A DNA stretch of 64,000 bases from Eledone cirrhosa. Lineage: Eukaryota. The notes beneath the pieces were generated by a model, which was not told the DNA's origin, did not search any database, and saw only the letters and a program-made list of their open reading frames with translations. A program made the translations under genes and the position numbers. The first letter of the stretch is position 1. Each line of letters begins with the position of its first letter. The DNA lies in NCBI GenBank assembly GCA_964016885.1, contig OZ024748.1:9424001-9488000 (forward strand). The letters run 5' to 3'. Positions 13,600 through 26,903 of the stretch are shown here, piece after piece.

Positions 13600-13919
13600 A
13601 AGATGTGGCCATACTATGTAGTATTTTAGTTAACAAGATGTGGCCATGCTATGTAGTATTTTAGTTAACAAGATGTGGCCATACTATGTAGTATTTTAGT
13701 TAAGATGTGGCCATACTATGTAGTATTTTAGTTAACAAGATGTGGCCATACTATGTAGTATTTTAGTTAAGATGTGGCCATACTATGTAGTATTTTAGTT
13801 AAGTTGTGGCCATACTATGTAGTATTTTAGTTAAGTTGTGGCCATACTATGTAGTATTTTAGTTAAGATGTGGCCATACTATGTAGTATTTTAGTTAAGA
13901 TGTGGCCATACTATGTAGT
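13600..13919. repeat. 32/35-bp minisatellite (AAGATGTGGCCATACTATGTAGTATTTTAGTT[AAC]), about 10 copies
   Basis: Head-to-tail near-identical units with no spacers. Confidence 0.95.
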
Positions 13920-13993
13920 GGTTGTTAAATTGTTGTCAAAGCTCTTAAAAGACACATCGTTGCTCAATTTCGTCTTGTAAAACTATATTCCAG

Positions 13994-14127
13994 ATATCTG
14001 TAAATGAAGCTGCCGCTCAGTTATGTCATCATTTACCAGCACTGTTAACACGGCGTGAAGATTTATTCCCATTAGCAAGGCAGGTTGTTCGTGAGAGTGG
14101 TTATCAGTATTCCAAAGGTCACTCCAG
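13994..14127 (+). CDS. NAB: NAB exon C: NCD2 C-terminal half ([44 protein letters not shown])
   Basis: Acceptor ttccag, donor CAG|gtaaat (phase 2). Absent from the ORF track and read manually; matches the NCD2 consensus VNEAAAQ.C....LL.RR.ELF.LARQ. Confidence 0.95.
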
Positions 14128-14226
14128 GTAAATACTTTTATTATTTTGCATATTAGCTTTTTTTCTTTTCCAACTTACCCAAACACAGTCAGGCATCATT
14201 CATACTTGAACATCTGACACTCTGTC

Positions 14227-14270
<44 letters not shown>

Positions 14271-15412
14271 TGTTGTATCCTGTTGATATATCCAAAGTTC
14301 TACATCCATAGATGTGTAAAGAACTATATATAACTATATATATATATAGTTTGGTGTGTAACATTAAGTTATTATTGGTTCACCTGTTTCAGCACTTGAT
14401 GTGTAAATGGGTCTGGTATTGTACTTTAGGTATTACCCCATAGTCAGTAGCCTTAAGAGGCATAATAATGATAATAATAATAATAGTAATTAGTAGTAAC
14501 GCGGTATCAATATAGCATTGTGATGTTTATTCAGGTGTGACACGTGTTTCACAATCAATCAGCTCAAGAAATGATCGGTATTGATCGCGCCTGACTCTGG
14601 AATCAAAGGCTCGTCAGATTTGTGAATTCAGCATTACATATACTTAGGTGTCAGTAATATAAAGAGAAGGGTGGCAGGGTATTATATATATATAAAATGA
14701 TATGAAACGAAAGGAGCTGTGTGGTTACTAAAAACAAGGTTTAGGATGTTGGTTAGGACTGAACAGGAGGAGAAAGGAAGAAAGGAGTTTCCATCGTCAG
14801 CTGTAAATGTTTCCCGATCTGATGTTTTGGCACTGAATTACAGGACATCGGTGTAGTTCGGGTGCGCCCGAGGCCTTTTATTAATCAAAAGGCCAGGTGG
14901 AAAAGTAGAGAGGGAAAGGAGGAAGAGGGAAGGGAAAAGGGGAAAAAATAGGAAAGAAATAGGAGATAAAAAGTGTACAGGTCCCATCGTGGGAAGACAC
15001 ATATATATATATATACACACACACACATACACATAATACTGGTGGTCTCAATAATAAGAAAAATGGAAAGAATATAGAAAAAAAGAGGTAAGAGAAAATA
15101 TTTAAAAAATAAAGGAATTTCTTTGAAGATTGCTGGTTACTTTAGGGCTGTGTGTTTGCTTGAAGTTGGTTGGTCATTTGGCCAGCTTTACTACTTATTG
15201 ATTGTGGCTGTAACTAGAACAACTGTTTATTGACCACTACAACTTCTGGTGTATCCATTAAAGATGACTTAAAATTCCACCGTTTTGGGTGTGAGTGTGC
15301 TGCTTGGCATCAGACACACACGCACATAGGTATACACATACACACTTCCAAAGATGCACACAAACACACACACACTTGTATATGAGCATATATTGATACC
15401 TCATTCCTACTC

Positions 15413-15462
<50 letters not shown>

Positions 15463-17738
15463 ATGAAAACATAGATTCAGTCTTTATTCAAATTATTGAA
15501 ATTCACTGAATTTAAATTTAAGTTATTTATCTTACTTTGAAATTCAGTTTTGTTGCCTGCTCTTTTATTATTTAGAAAACATTCTAATTTACAGTAGAAT
15601 GTTTAATGTCTGCTGTGATTAAGACTAAACCACTTCCAGATGCATGTTAATGGTGACACATGCAGATGCATGCCAACATTTGAATGGACTATGTTGCAGG
15701 TGAATGCTAATATTACTCAAGGGACATAATTCAGTAGCCTACTAACCCAATCTATATTATAAGTCTCATGTTACAGTTTTCTGGCGCAACTCGTTTTTTA
15801 AATTAAAGTTTTTACTTGCAAATATTTTATTTTTCCTTTCACAGGGACATTATCTTCAAGCTCTATTGTTAGTAAAGTTATATTTTGTTGTGTATATTTA
15901 TGCAATATTTATTACTCTTTCAAGCAGGGTTTATTTTAAAGAAATTTTAGAACTGCAGAAATATTTTAGGCTTTGCTTTGACCCAGTGGTTGATATTCTC
16001 TGAGTCTGTGAAGCATGGCTGTTATTTTTAACATTTTATGAATGTTTTAAGTGTTTTAACCATCTATTTAACATAAAATGTAAAATTGCTGCACAAAAAA
16101 CAGGGATCACTGGATATTAAAATAATTACTGCCTTCATGATATCATTGCCACGTATCATGTAGGGCAATGACATTTTCATAGCTAATATGTTAAAGTTGT
16201 ATGACAACCAATATAATATGTTAACTGTGTCATTGGACTTTTTAATTTGGTTTAACTGGGGACTATAATCTGTTGTAAGATTATAAACAGAAGAACTTCA
16301 ACAATATTATTCAATGTTTTGTCTGTGTATCATCATAGATAAATATCAGTAAATACTCTCGAAATATATTTTATTTGCATTCATCTTATGAGTGTAAGCA
16401 TGTTGATAAAACAAACTCACACACATATCTATTCATAGTATTAATATTAGAAGCTTTATAATAGCTAGTATAAAAAACAACAATTACTTCATGCTGTATT
16501 ATATATATACTAAGTCCACCTTGGAAGGTGGTCGTGTTAGTGACACACGAGGCAGCCATAACTGTCAACTGCCTTCACTTTAATGTAAACAAATCTACAC
16601 CAAACCAATGTTATCAAAGAACTCAAACACAATTCATAAACCTACATTAACATATATACATATCTACACATCTACACACACACTCACACACATCTACATA
16701 CACACACACAGCTGTTTTAATATCAACCCTTCTGAGACTGCCACTCATTTTATGACTCAAGGCCTGTCATTTTTAGGACCTCCTCAATTTTATGTGAGAA
16801 CCATTTTGTTAAATTATGTTCCAAACTCTAACTTAGGAATGAAAGAGTAGAACAAGGGTTCAAGGATACTTAAGAGCACTTCAAAACCTTTCTGGAACAC
16901 CATGGTTATTTTCCCCACACGAATTATACGCTTTTTAGTATGTTCACTTCAAGCAGATGTCTTCCTTTATATGCATCACATGTCCATACCATTACAGTCT
17001 CCTCCTGCACACTGCAGTCAATACCTCCAATATCCAGTTTTTCTCACAGCTCATTGGTAAGGGAGAGAACTCACTCGTCAGGTGAGATCAAATATTAAAG
17101 CAACTCATTATTCAGCATCTTCAGGACAGAGATACTCAATAATAGTGGAATTAGCCAAACTTAATTACAGTAGTAGAACTCTGTTTATACAACTGAACAA
17201 ATTAATATTGATAATAAAGCCTTTTATGTCGTTTTATAATTATCTTTGAACAATGAAGTTAATGAGTAGGAATAATATACCTGAAAGGGCTACCGTCTGA
17301 CCCATGCTAGCGTGGAAAGTGGACATTAAACGATGATGATGATGATGATTGGCTGAAATAATTTCAGTATTTGCTGCGACTTAAACAATGTGTTGCTGCA
17401 ATGTTAAACTGTATCATAATTGGTAAGTTTGACTATGTAAGCTGAACTTTTCTACCTGGCTGTGTCGGACATTATGACAAATCTCCAAGACAGGACTAGT
17501 CCTGTAGAATTCGTTTCTATGATATAATAAATATATATCTACTATATATTTGAGACTGTATGTGTGTATGCAGCTAAAATGGTGCAGCCTTCAGAGAAGC
17601 AGGTTTGATTTTCAACATCTGCACTCCAAGAAGAATGTTTTCGGTTGTTAGTGATAAAAATATATATAATTTGATAAGAGAAATAACTCCACTTGAAGAT
17701 CTCCATAATTGAATGCCTTTAGAAGTCGCCATCATTTG

Positions 17739-17852
17739 GAGCATGGCTTAGTGGTTAGAGAGTTGGATTCACAGTCGTGAGGTTGCGAGTTCAATTCTTG
17801 GACTAGGTGATGCATTGTGTCCTTGAGCAAGACATTTTATTTCACATTGCTC
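17739..17852 (+). mobile_element. tRNA-derived SINE head
   Basis: A-box tggcttagtgg, B-box gagttcaattc, then tgtgtccttgagcaagacattttatttcacattgctcc. Confidence 0.7.
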
Positions 17853-18128
17853 CTTCTGCCAAAATTTCTGATGAAGGACTAGTGTCCGAAATGTAAAGAC
17901 TCTTTTCCTACTATGTCAAGCATTAAACTAATATATTTTGTCATTGTACTGTGTTGTTTGATAACATCAATATTGCATCATGGAAGACTGAAGCCTTTGA
18001 TAGAAGTAAATGGAGAAAGTTGGTCTATCAAGGATAAATTGTTTACAAGACATCTCGGATACAACATAAGGAATGTCAGAAAGGGCATGTGGCCTTCAAT
18101 GTACTTAATATTCTCTCTCTCTCTCTCA

Positions 18129-18162
<34 letters not shown>

Positions 18163-18188
18163 CTCTGTATATATATATGTGTGTATGT

Positions 18189-18424
18189 GAAGGCATGTGG
18201 CTTTAGTGGTCAAAGTATTCGGCTCAAGATCGTAAGGTTTGATTGTTGATTGCTGAACCAGGCTGTGTGTTTTGTCTCTTAACAAAATACTATTTCACAT
18301 TGCTCCAGTCCACTCACCTGAAAAATATTAGTTGTACCTGTTAGTTAAAGAACTGGCCCTGTCACACACTGTATCCCACTGAATCTCTTTAGAATGCTCA
18401 GCCACTTGCATGTATATTTCATGA

Positions 18425-18425
<1 letters not shown>
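18189..18425 (+). mobile_element. tRNA-derived SINE, same family as 17739
   Basis: gtggctttagtggtc...tatttcacattgctccagtccactca...gaatgctcagccacttgca; body shared with 46630-46860. Confidence 0.65.
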
Positions 18426-18493
<68 letters not shown>

Positions 18494-19131
18494 CCTTATT
18501 GGATTGTTACTAATTTGATGCTAACATATTTTGATTTGAAAAGTTTTTCTAAAGAACATTTTTAGTATATGATTGCTCACCAATAACAACAACAACGATA
18601 TTACTAAATATTTTATCATCATACATTCACAATTAACTGCATTTAATACTTCATCTTTTTTTTCTACTAAAGAAAACCGGTTATTTGAATAACTTAAAGA
18701 AAATACTTGGTCGTTGTTGATTGAAACTTGTATAGTTGATATGTACTCTCTGTTTACAAGATATTGTATATAAACACAAGATGGTCACATCTGTCAATTA
18801 CATACAGTGCTGGCTAAAAAACTGTATAAATATTCTGTTGTAGAGTGTAGTATTGAAAGAAATCACTGTAAACACACCAGTTCTTTAGTAAACGAACTAG
18901 CTCCAAGACTGCATTATATATGAAAATCAATCTACCTCATTTACTTAAGCTCTCAGTAATAGTGTGTATACAAGCAGTGTCTCTGTGGTTAATGAGGGTA
19001 CACAGTTTCTGATGAAACCCTAACACAAGGATTGCAGCTAGTCCAGATGATGCCTCTTTAATCTGTTCATGAAGATATTGTACATACAGACAAGATGTTT
19101 ACATCTGTTTATACATACAGTGACATTTTAT

Positions 19132-19286
19132 TTGAGTGTGACACATGACTATTTCTGTAAGTCTGAGAGTGACTTGACTATTTCTGTAAACCTGAGTGGA
19201 ACTTGACTATTTCTGTAAACCTGAGTGTGACTCATGACTATCTCTATAAACCTGAGTGTGACACTTAAATATTTCTATAAATCTCA
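19132..19286. repeat. Degenerate ~30-bp tandem repeat (gagtgtgac..tgactatttctgtaaacct), about 5 copies
   Basis: Direct reading. Confidence 0.75.
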
Positions 19287-19776
19287 ATGAATGACTGCTG
19301 TAAATATCTCAATATTTCCTAGCTTTCTAACATTTAATTCTCACCTTTATTATCATTAGTTCTACTTCTCGGCCCTTGTGGCCAATAAATGAAACAATTA
19401 TTAGTTTTACTTCTGTATCTAATGTTTAGCTGCAATATTTGATTCTTGTTTTCATTTTCTTTGGTTTTATTCTCTCATCAAAATCTTCATCATCATCATC
19501 ATCGTTTAACGTCTATCTTCCACACTAGCATGGGTCTTCCAATCAATTGTGATTTCTGTGGTTATTTTCATTCTGTGATAAATTTGACCATTCTATCATT
19601 ATTGAAGATTTTAAATTTAAGTTTCTTTTATCCAAAGCTATTAATATGTGATTGGGTGCCAGCCAACAGTAGTGGACGGACGTATTTTTGACTGGATTCT
19701 CCAAACCCCCATTTCAGTCATAATGTGTAAACTTGAATTCTAAATCCATTGTTGGGTTTCATTTTTGTCTTTGCAG

Positions 19777-19827
19777 TAATTCCAAACAGCTGTGGTCTGT
19801 CGAAAGTCCGTCCATCAACTGTAGCAG
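19777..19827 (+). CDS. NAB: Candidate 51-nt symmetric (phase 2/2) cassette exon of NAB (S-NSKQLWSVESPSINCS-R)
   Basis: Acceptor ttcatttttgtctttgcag, open in the required frame, length divisible by 3; donor CAG|gttaca is weak. Confidence 0.45.
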
Positions 19828-20062
19828 GTTACACTCATATTTTTAAATCTTCACTATCGCATGAAATACTCTTCTTTTAATGGCATATCGCTACATCTGT
19901 GCTACCTGTTTTCTATGTTTATTACCAACTATAAATCTCCTTTTATATAGTTCTATTTTGTTTTTAAATCGAAGCCTGCAGTTAAACTTTGAAATAACCA
20001 CAGGGTTATTTTCTTCATTTTAAAGATTATATCTTACTGACTGTATATATATACATACACAC

Positions 20063-20124
<62 letters not shown>

Positions 20125-21582
20125 TATGTGTGTGTGTGTGTCTGCTAGCAGAGAAACTGGATATTAAATAATGAGGAGGAGGATATAATTATTATTATTT
20201 AATCAAATTTTGTGAAAGTAGCTGCTAGGATTAAACATAGGACCCATATTTTAAACTGTACACCACTTGCAGATGATACATGATGTGTAATCAGTGAGTA
20301 ACCAGTCACTTATTTATGATTCTCTGCCATGAGTCATTTCATATTTGTATTCCCATATATATGTATGTATATAATCACCGGACTTTCACAAACATGGAAA
20401 CATTTGTCTGTGACATATTAACTCACTCACATAATTGTGTTAACATCTGATGATGTCACACCAGTGCCAGTTGCTGTTGCTATCATTGCATAACAGCTCC
20501 ACACTGGTGTCACTGAAATACGTATAATCTGATAAATACAATTATATAACACCCATCTTAACATTTATTTTATATATGGAAACTCTGATGTGTAAGAGTG
20601 CTTATACCGGTTTATGAACGAGACGTCACAATGCAGCTCTTACAGATAAACAATACAAGAATTAGCAACTATATATATATATATATTATCTTAGCTCAAA
20701 GACCTTTGACTGTTGGTCTATTTGGTCAGGGCTTACTTGTGACTAAAACTAAGCCCCCGAATTTCCAGTATTTTTACCAAAGCAGGTTTTTAAACTGAAG
20801 CCATAATGTCAATTAGAACCTTAATATAAGGAAGTTGATGCTATCTAGTTTTCTACTATTTTAACCAACTGTTCTCACCACTATCACCTTCATCAGTTGT
20901 TCTATGTTAAATATTATCCTTCCATCAGATTACCAATTTCTATTTCATTATAATTGAGATTAATATTTAATCTATAGTTATGCCGTATATCGTAAATTAA
21001 TAGTTTGTTTTCACTGTTGTAGATGTTGTAATAGTTGTAGTTGTTGTCTTGTTGTTGTTGTTTTAATGTAGTATTTATTGAGAATCTCTTACCTGTTGAT
21101 TGAGCTGTTACCTTTCAATGCTGTATATATTATTATTAGCCACATAATGTAGAATGCTGCAGTTAATAGTTTCTTTTCATGCCAAACAGCATGATATGGC
21201 CTGTCGTTCTATGATACAAAACTGTTTATTTTAAAATGTTTTTATTCATCTAAAATCCTTCCAACATTATTTTATATAAGTTGTTAAATTATGTTCTAGA
21301 CACCAGCTTAATTAGAAAGTTAGTTACATTACTAAACCTTTCCAAATACTTGATTATTTGGAATGAGATGGTTGGGTCATGAGTTGAGGAAGGATGAAAG
21401 TGACCAGGTGATAGAAATGATTGTGGAAGAAAGTAGAGGAAGAGGAAGACCAAGAAATGGCTGGAATATTTGGTAAAAGCTAGAAGTTGATGGGGCGGAG
21501 GAGGGGGGGGGGGTGCAAACAACAGGTCAAACTGGACAATCTTAAGCAGAATTGATATATTTAACAAAAGGATTGTAGTGAC

Positions 21583-21615
<33 letters not shown>

Positions 21616-22114
21616 TTAATGTCCCTGGCTATCAAGGGTGGAATGGGTCTTCACAGACTGGAGTTACTAGACAGGTCAGGGTTTCACATCCCACTTACAT
21701 ACAGTTCCACATTCTACCAAGTGCATTTATTGTGGCCTCAGTACTAAGGAGGTTGTTATTTCTTTGATACAACTGAAGGGTCTTCCCAACCCTTTGTTTG
21801 GAAAGCTTTCTAGAGTTGGATGCCCTTCCTATCACCAATCACTTTACAGAATGTAGTGGGTGCATTTATCATTGTTGATCACCAACACTAGAGAAGATAA
21901 AGTGTCTTGATGTTTTGGATGTTAGTCCTTCTTCAGAAGAAGAAATAGAAAGACAGGAGAGTGGGAAGATGAGAAATGTGAAGAAATATCTTTTGGAGAG
22001 AAAGCATGTGTGTGTTTCCTTAACCAATATGTGTGTGTGTATCTTTTTAGTTCTTTTGTTTGTCTCCTTTTCTTGAAGTGAAAAACAACAGATCTGCAGA
22101 GTACATTTGTCCCT

Positions 22115-22287
22115 GTGTGTGTGTCTATATATGTGTGTGTCTATATATATGTGTATGCGTCTATATATATGTGTGTGTGTGTGTCTATATATATATATGG
22201 GTGTGTGTGTGTCTATATATATATGTGTGTGTGTGTGTCTATATATATGTGTGTGTGTGTCTATATATATATATATATGTGTGTGTC

Positions 22288-22322
<35 letters not shown>

Positions 22323-22345
22323 CTATATATATATGTGTGTGTGTG
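22115..22345. repeat. (GT)n-CT-(AT)n compound microsatellite
   Basis: Direct reading. Confidence 0.85.
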
Positions 22346-22679
22346 TTACTGTCCAGTTCATTTCTCCTCCTCCCTCCCCCCCCCCCCCCCCCATAATACA
22401 ATTTGTTTGAGATTGAGTTCTTTTGAGGTGTTTGAGTAAAAGATATACTACTACTGCTACTACTACTACCCCTACTACTACTACCACTGCTACTAATATT
22501 ACCACTACTACTACCACCACCCCTACTACTACCACCTTGTTTTCTTTGTTTTGATTGATTACTATCTTAACATCACTGACGTATGGAATCCAGTCTTTTA
22601 CTCTTCAACAATCTAACTTCTGTTTCACTAATTTATATTTAATTCTAAACTCTCTCTACCTTTACATAGCAAAACAACC

Positions 22680-23640
22680 CACAGACAACACACACACACA
22701 CACACACACACACACCATAGGTGCACAACAGACACAACACAGCACACACACACACAACAACACACCACAGGCGCACAACAGACACAACACACACACACAA
22801 CACAGACAACACAACACAGGCGCACAACAGACACAACACAGCACACACACACACAACAACACACCACAGGCGCACAACAGACACAACACACACACACAAC
22901 ACAGACAACACACCACAGGCGCACAACAGACACAACACACACACACACACAACAACACAACACAGGCGCACAACAGACACAACACACACACACAACACAG
23001 ACAACACAACACAGGCGCACAACAGACACAACACACACACACAACACAGACAACACAACACAAACACACACACACACACAACAACAACAAACAACAGACA
23101 CAACACAACACAACACACCACACCATACACACACAACAGACACAACACACCACACACAACAACAGACAACACAACACATCACATCACAGACACACACACC
23201 ATACAACAACAGACACACAACACACACCACACACAACACGCACCACACACAACAACAGACCCAGACCACAACAGACACAACACAACACATCACAGACACA
23301 CACACCACACAGCAACAGACACACACCACACACCACACACACCACACACCACACACAACGCACCACATATCACAACACACCACACACAACACACCACAGA
23401 CACACAACAGACAGACACAATACAACACACAACACACACACACCACACACACACCACACACAACACACACACCACACACAACACACACACACCACACACC
23501 ACAAACAACACACACCACACAACATAACACACACCACACACACTACAAACAACACACACCACACAACATAACACACACCACACACACCACAACACACCAC
23601 ACACCACAACACACCACACACCACACACCACCCATACAAC
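22680..23640. repeat. CA-rich compound satellite with recurring caggcgcacaacagacacaacac unit
   Basis: Almost only C/A on + strand; source of the His/Thr and Cys/Val pseudo-ORFs. Confidence 0.9.
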
Positions 23641-26299
23641 AATAATTATCCCAATATATATTGTTATTTCTCACTAATGTAAAGAATTAAAAATCATCCT
23701 TGACATATTCGTCTTGTCTGATTATTTTATATTTCCCAAAGTATTTCACAGAAGAAACTTTCTCTCCCCCCTCCCTCATCTAGAGGCTTTATTTTTGTTA
23801 CACATTGCAAATTAGATTAACTTTTTCCTCATGTCTAACTCTCATTGCAAATCATTGATTATTTCTAAAATAATCCTTTACATATATGAAAACTTGCCTT
23901 TGGAGATATTGATTATCATGACAAAAGAATTGACTAAACTTTTTAATAGCTTTCTTCGAGGATATTATTAATTTATCTGAAAATAAATTTGTAGAATGAT
24001 GGAAAAAAAATGTGTCTGTATGTGAGCATGTTTATATTTATCTATGTATGTGTGTGTTTGTATGAATGTGTATATATGTATGTATATGTGTACATATATG
24101 TGTGTGTATACATGTATGTATGATAATATATGATATATGTGTGTGAATGTATATATATATATTTATAATGCAAAACATATCTAGAGACTGTTTGTTGGGT
24201 GCATAAATATTTTTAGCTACACACTTTAGATGTTGAAATGTTGTTTACTGCAAATAATTGATTCTTTTAGTCTTGTTTAGAATCTTTGCATTCATTCACC
24301 CCTTTCAAGTTCCAACTTTACTAACATGTTGATATCAAATAAAAGACTTTCATACATTCACTGTAAATATTAGGACTTAAAACTGAAACCATTTCTTTCG
24401 AAATACATAGAATTATCTCATTCCGTATATATTGATAGTTCACATAGATTTCAGCTATACTGATAGGATCATATTACATAACCCTTTTCATACCAAACTG
24501 CCAAAAACTGCCTCTCATTCTACACTACTAAGTTATTTGTTTCAATATTGATGTGAAAACCTTTCATCGTAGTTTTATGTAAGAACAATGAAGTTATATT
24601 TTAAACACTATCTTGATTATTAGAAAGTTTGTTATATTACTCCAAATTATCTGAAAATTATATGCAATGTGTTTCACTAGAAATATGGTAAGGAAAGGGT
24701 TAACATCTGTTTGTATGTCGGAGAGTTAATTCGTGAAATGTAATTCTTTACCTTCTTTAAAGAAAGAACCCTTGAACAATATCATTTTAGATAGACAATA
24801 TTATGGTGATGGTCCTGGCCAGAATGTCTTTTGTAGATTGTATGTTTACTCTATCAGGTCTGACCTGGGCTAAACATCAAGTTACTCCCATATTGTCATT
24901 ATATACATATCAATACTATTACTTGAATATGGTGAATACATTAACCTATTTACTCCTTCCTTTCAATCTTCTCCTACTAAACCCCTATTTTCTCCTTTAT
25001 TATATAGACTAGTTTCTCCACAATTGTTTGTTTTGCTGTAATTAATGGTTCAGTCATATAGCTAAATGTAGCCCTTAACAGGATATCTACCTTTACCATA
25101 TACCCATGTCTCTAAATGTTGCTTGTCTTTGTTAGCCATTAACAGGACATTTATTTTGACCATGTACCCCATCTTTCTAAGTGTTGCTTGTTTTCGTAGA
25201 ACTTCAGTTTGGACCCAGTACTTACAGAGTCAGTTTGTCTTTTATACATTTCCTACTTCTGCTTTCTTTCTTACCCAATTTGCTGCTAGAATTAGGTTGT
25301 ACCCAACTTCTGTTTCCACTGGAATATATCATACAAATGGTAGAGCATGTAGGGATCTTTTAAGTCTTCTATAGTAAATATTATGAGTTATTTGGAATAG
25401 AATATTCTACAATGTTTCCAATTCCTTATTATAAATTACTAAATTAACTGTTGTAGTAGCTTCCTGTAATCACAAAAGGTTTTGTTTGGAACATTCTCAC
25501 TATAACTATCTCCTAATAATTTCATATTTTAAACTAATACTTCAACATACCTCCATTGTATTAACAGTATGAATCTTGTTATCACATTAGGTTAGTGACT
25601 AAAGTATTGTGATGGTACAAGTAGAATGGTTTTATCCACTAAGAGACTCTCTGCTTTGTCTTCTTATTTCCCTCCATCCCAATCGTATCAAACTATTGTT
25701 ATGAAATTTATTTGATTTTACTGAAGCTGCTTTGTAACATTTGACATAGTCAGGATTTAGACATTTGCTTTTTCTGGCATATTCCAGGGCATTTTAAGAG
25801 GGAGGGTTTCCTGAGCAATCTTCCCAACCAACTGTTTGCCTGGTCTGGACTGCTAGATACAGGGGCAATGCTGTATTGTTCTCACCAACATCACAGCCTC
25901 ACACTGTGTACAGCAACATCCATCCACTGAAAGACTTCAAAATATCACAGACTCTATAGAAATGTTTTAACATCAAATTTTGGCATTTATACACCTATCA
26001 TACATTTTGTATTTATTTAAGGGAAATATAAAAAAAATTGAGCTAACGTAAATCTATGAAAGATAATATTTAAATTTATCAAACATTTTTCATTCTATTT
26101 GTAAAGTTTTATACAATGAAAAAATATTTGACTCGTTTCAAGTCCCCCAACCCAAGTTTTGTATAAAGTGTGGAATCTCATTTGGGTATTGTCTACCAAT
26201 AATACTGTATTATATGTAAATAAAGATGTTTGTTTTATAAATCTGACTTTATTATATTTTCTTGAGACTGCTAATGACTTCCTTGATTCATTTCTTCTT

Positions 26300-26572
26300 C
26301 TTCACTCTTACCCTGCCCCACTGCCTCCACTCTTCCCCTCACTCACTGTCTTCATTCTTCCCCTCACCCACTGTCTTCACTCTTCCCCTCACCCACTCCC
26401 TTCACTCTTACCCTGCCCCACTGCCTCCACTCTTTCCCTCACCCACTGTCTTCACTCTTCCCCTCACTCACTCCCTTCACTCTTACCCTGCCCCACTGCC
26501 TCCACTCTTTCCATCACCCACTGTCTTCACTCTTCCTTCTCACCCACTGCCTTCACTCTTACCCTGCCCCAC
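26300..26572. repeat. Pyrimidine-rich ~23-25-bp tandem repeat (cccactgtcttcactcttcccctca variants)
   Basis: Direct reading; variants recur in higher-order fashion. Confidence 0.8.
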
Positions 26573-26782
26573 AACCTGTGTTTCAATTTTAGAAATATTT
26601 ACATCACATTTTCTCTCTAATATCTTCCATAATTAATTAGAATTATTAATTTCATCTAATTTATATTTTTGTCAAATTTTCCATTCTTTTCTATAACTAG
26701 ATTTTAAACCAGAATCTTCTATTACAGAAATGTCTTTTATTTAGACATATATATACTCCTGGTAGAAAGATCAACATGAAAT

Positions 26783-26883
26783 TAAAGTGTCTTGGTCAAA
26801 AATATAATGCATCACCCAGTTTAGGAATTGAACTCACAACCTCCCAATTGTGAATCCGATTCTCTAAGCACTAAGCTACACAC
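26783..26883 (-). mobile_element. tRNA-derived SINE head, minus strand
   Basis: Reverse complement gtagcttagtgcttagagaatcggattcacaattgggaggttgtgagttcaattcctaaactgggtgatgcatt closely matches the 17739 copy. Confidence 0.7.
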
Positions 26884-26903
26884 CATTGCTCTTTCTGCCG
26901 GTA

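Noticed and set aside
17739-17815. Possible tRNA gene
   Set aside because: Has A/B boxes but no convincing cloverleaf, and continues into a SINE body shared with other copies.
22555-23642. His/Thr-rich and Cys/Val-rich ORFs on both strands
   Set aside because: Artefacts of the CA-rich satellite.
24800-25960. Higher-complexity intronic stretch, perhaps a decayed minus-strand element
   Set aside because: No recognisable domain or phase-compatible exon could be read.
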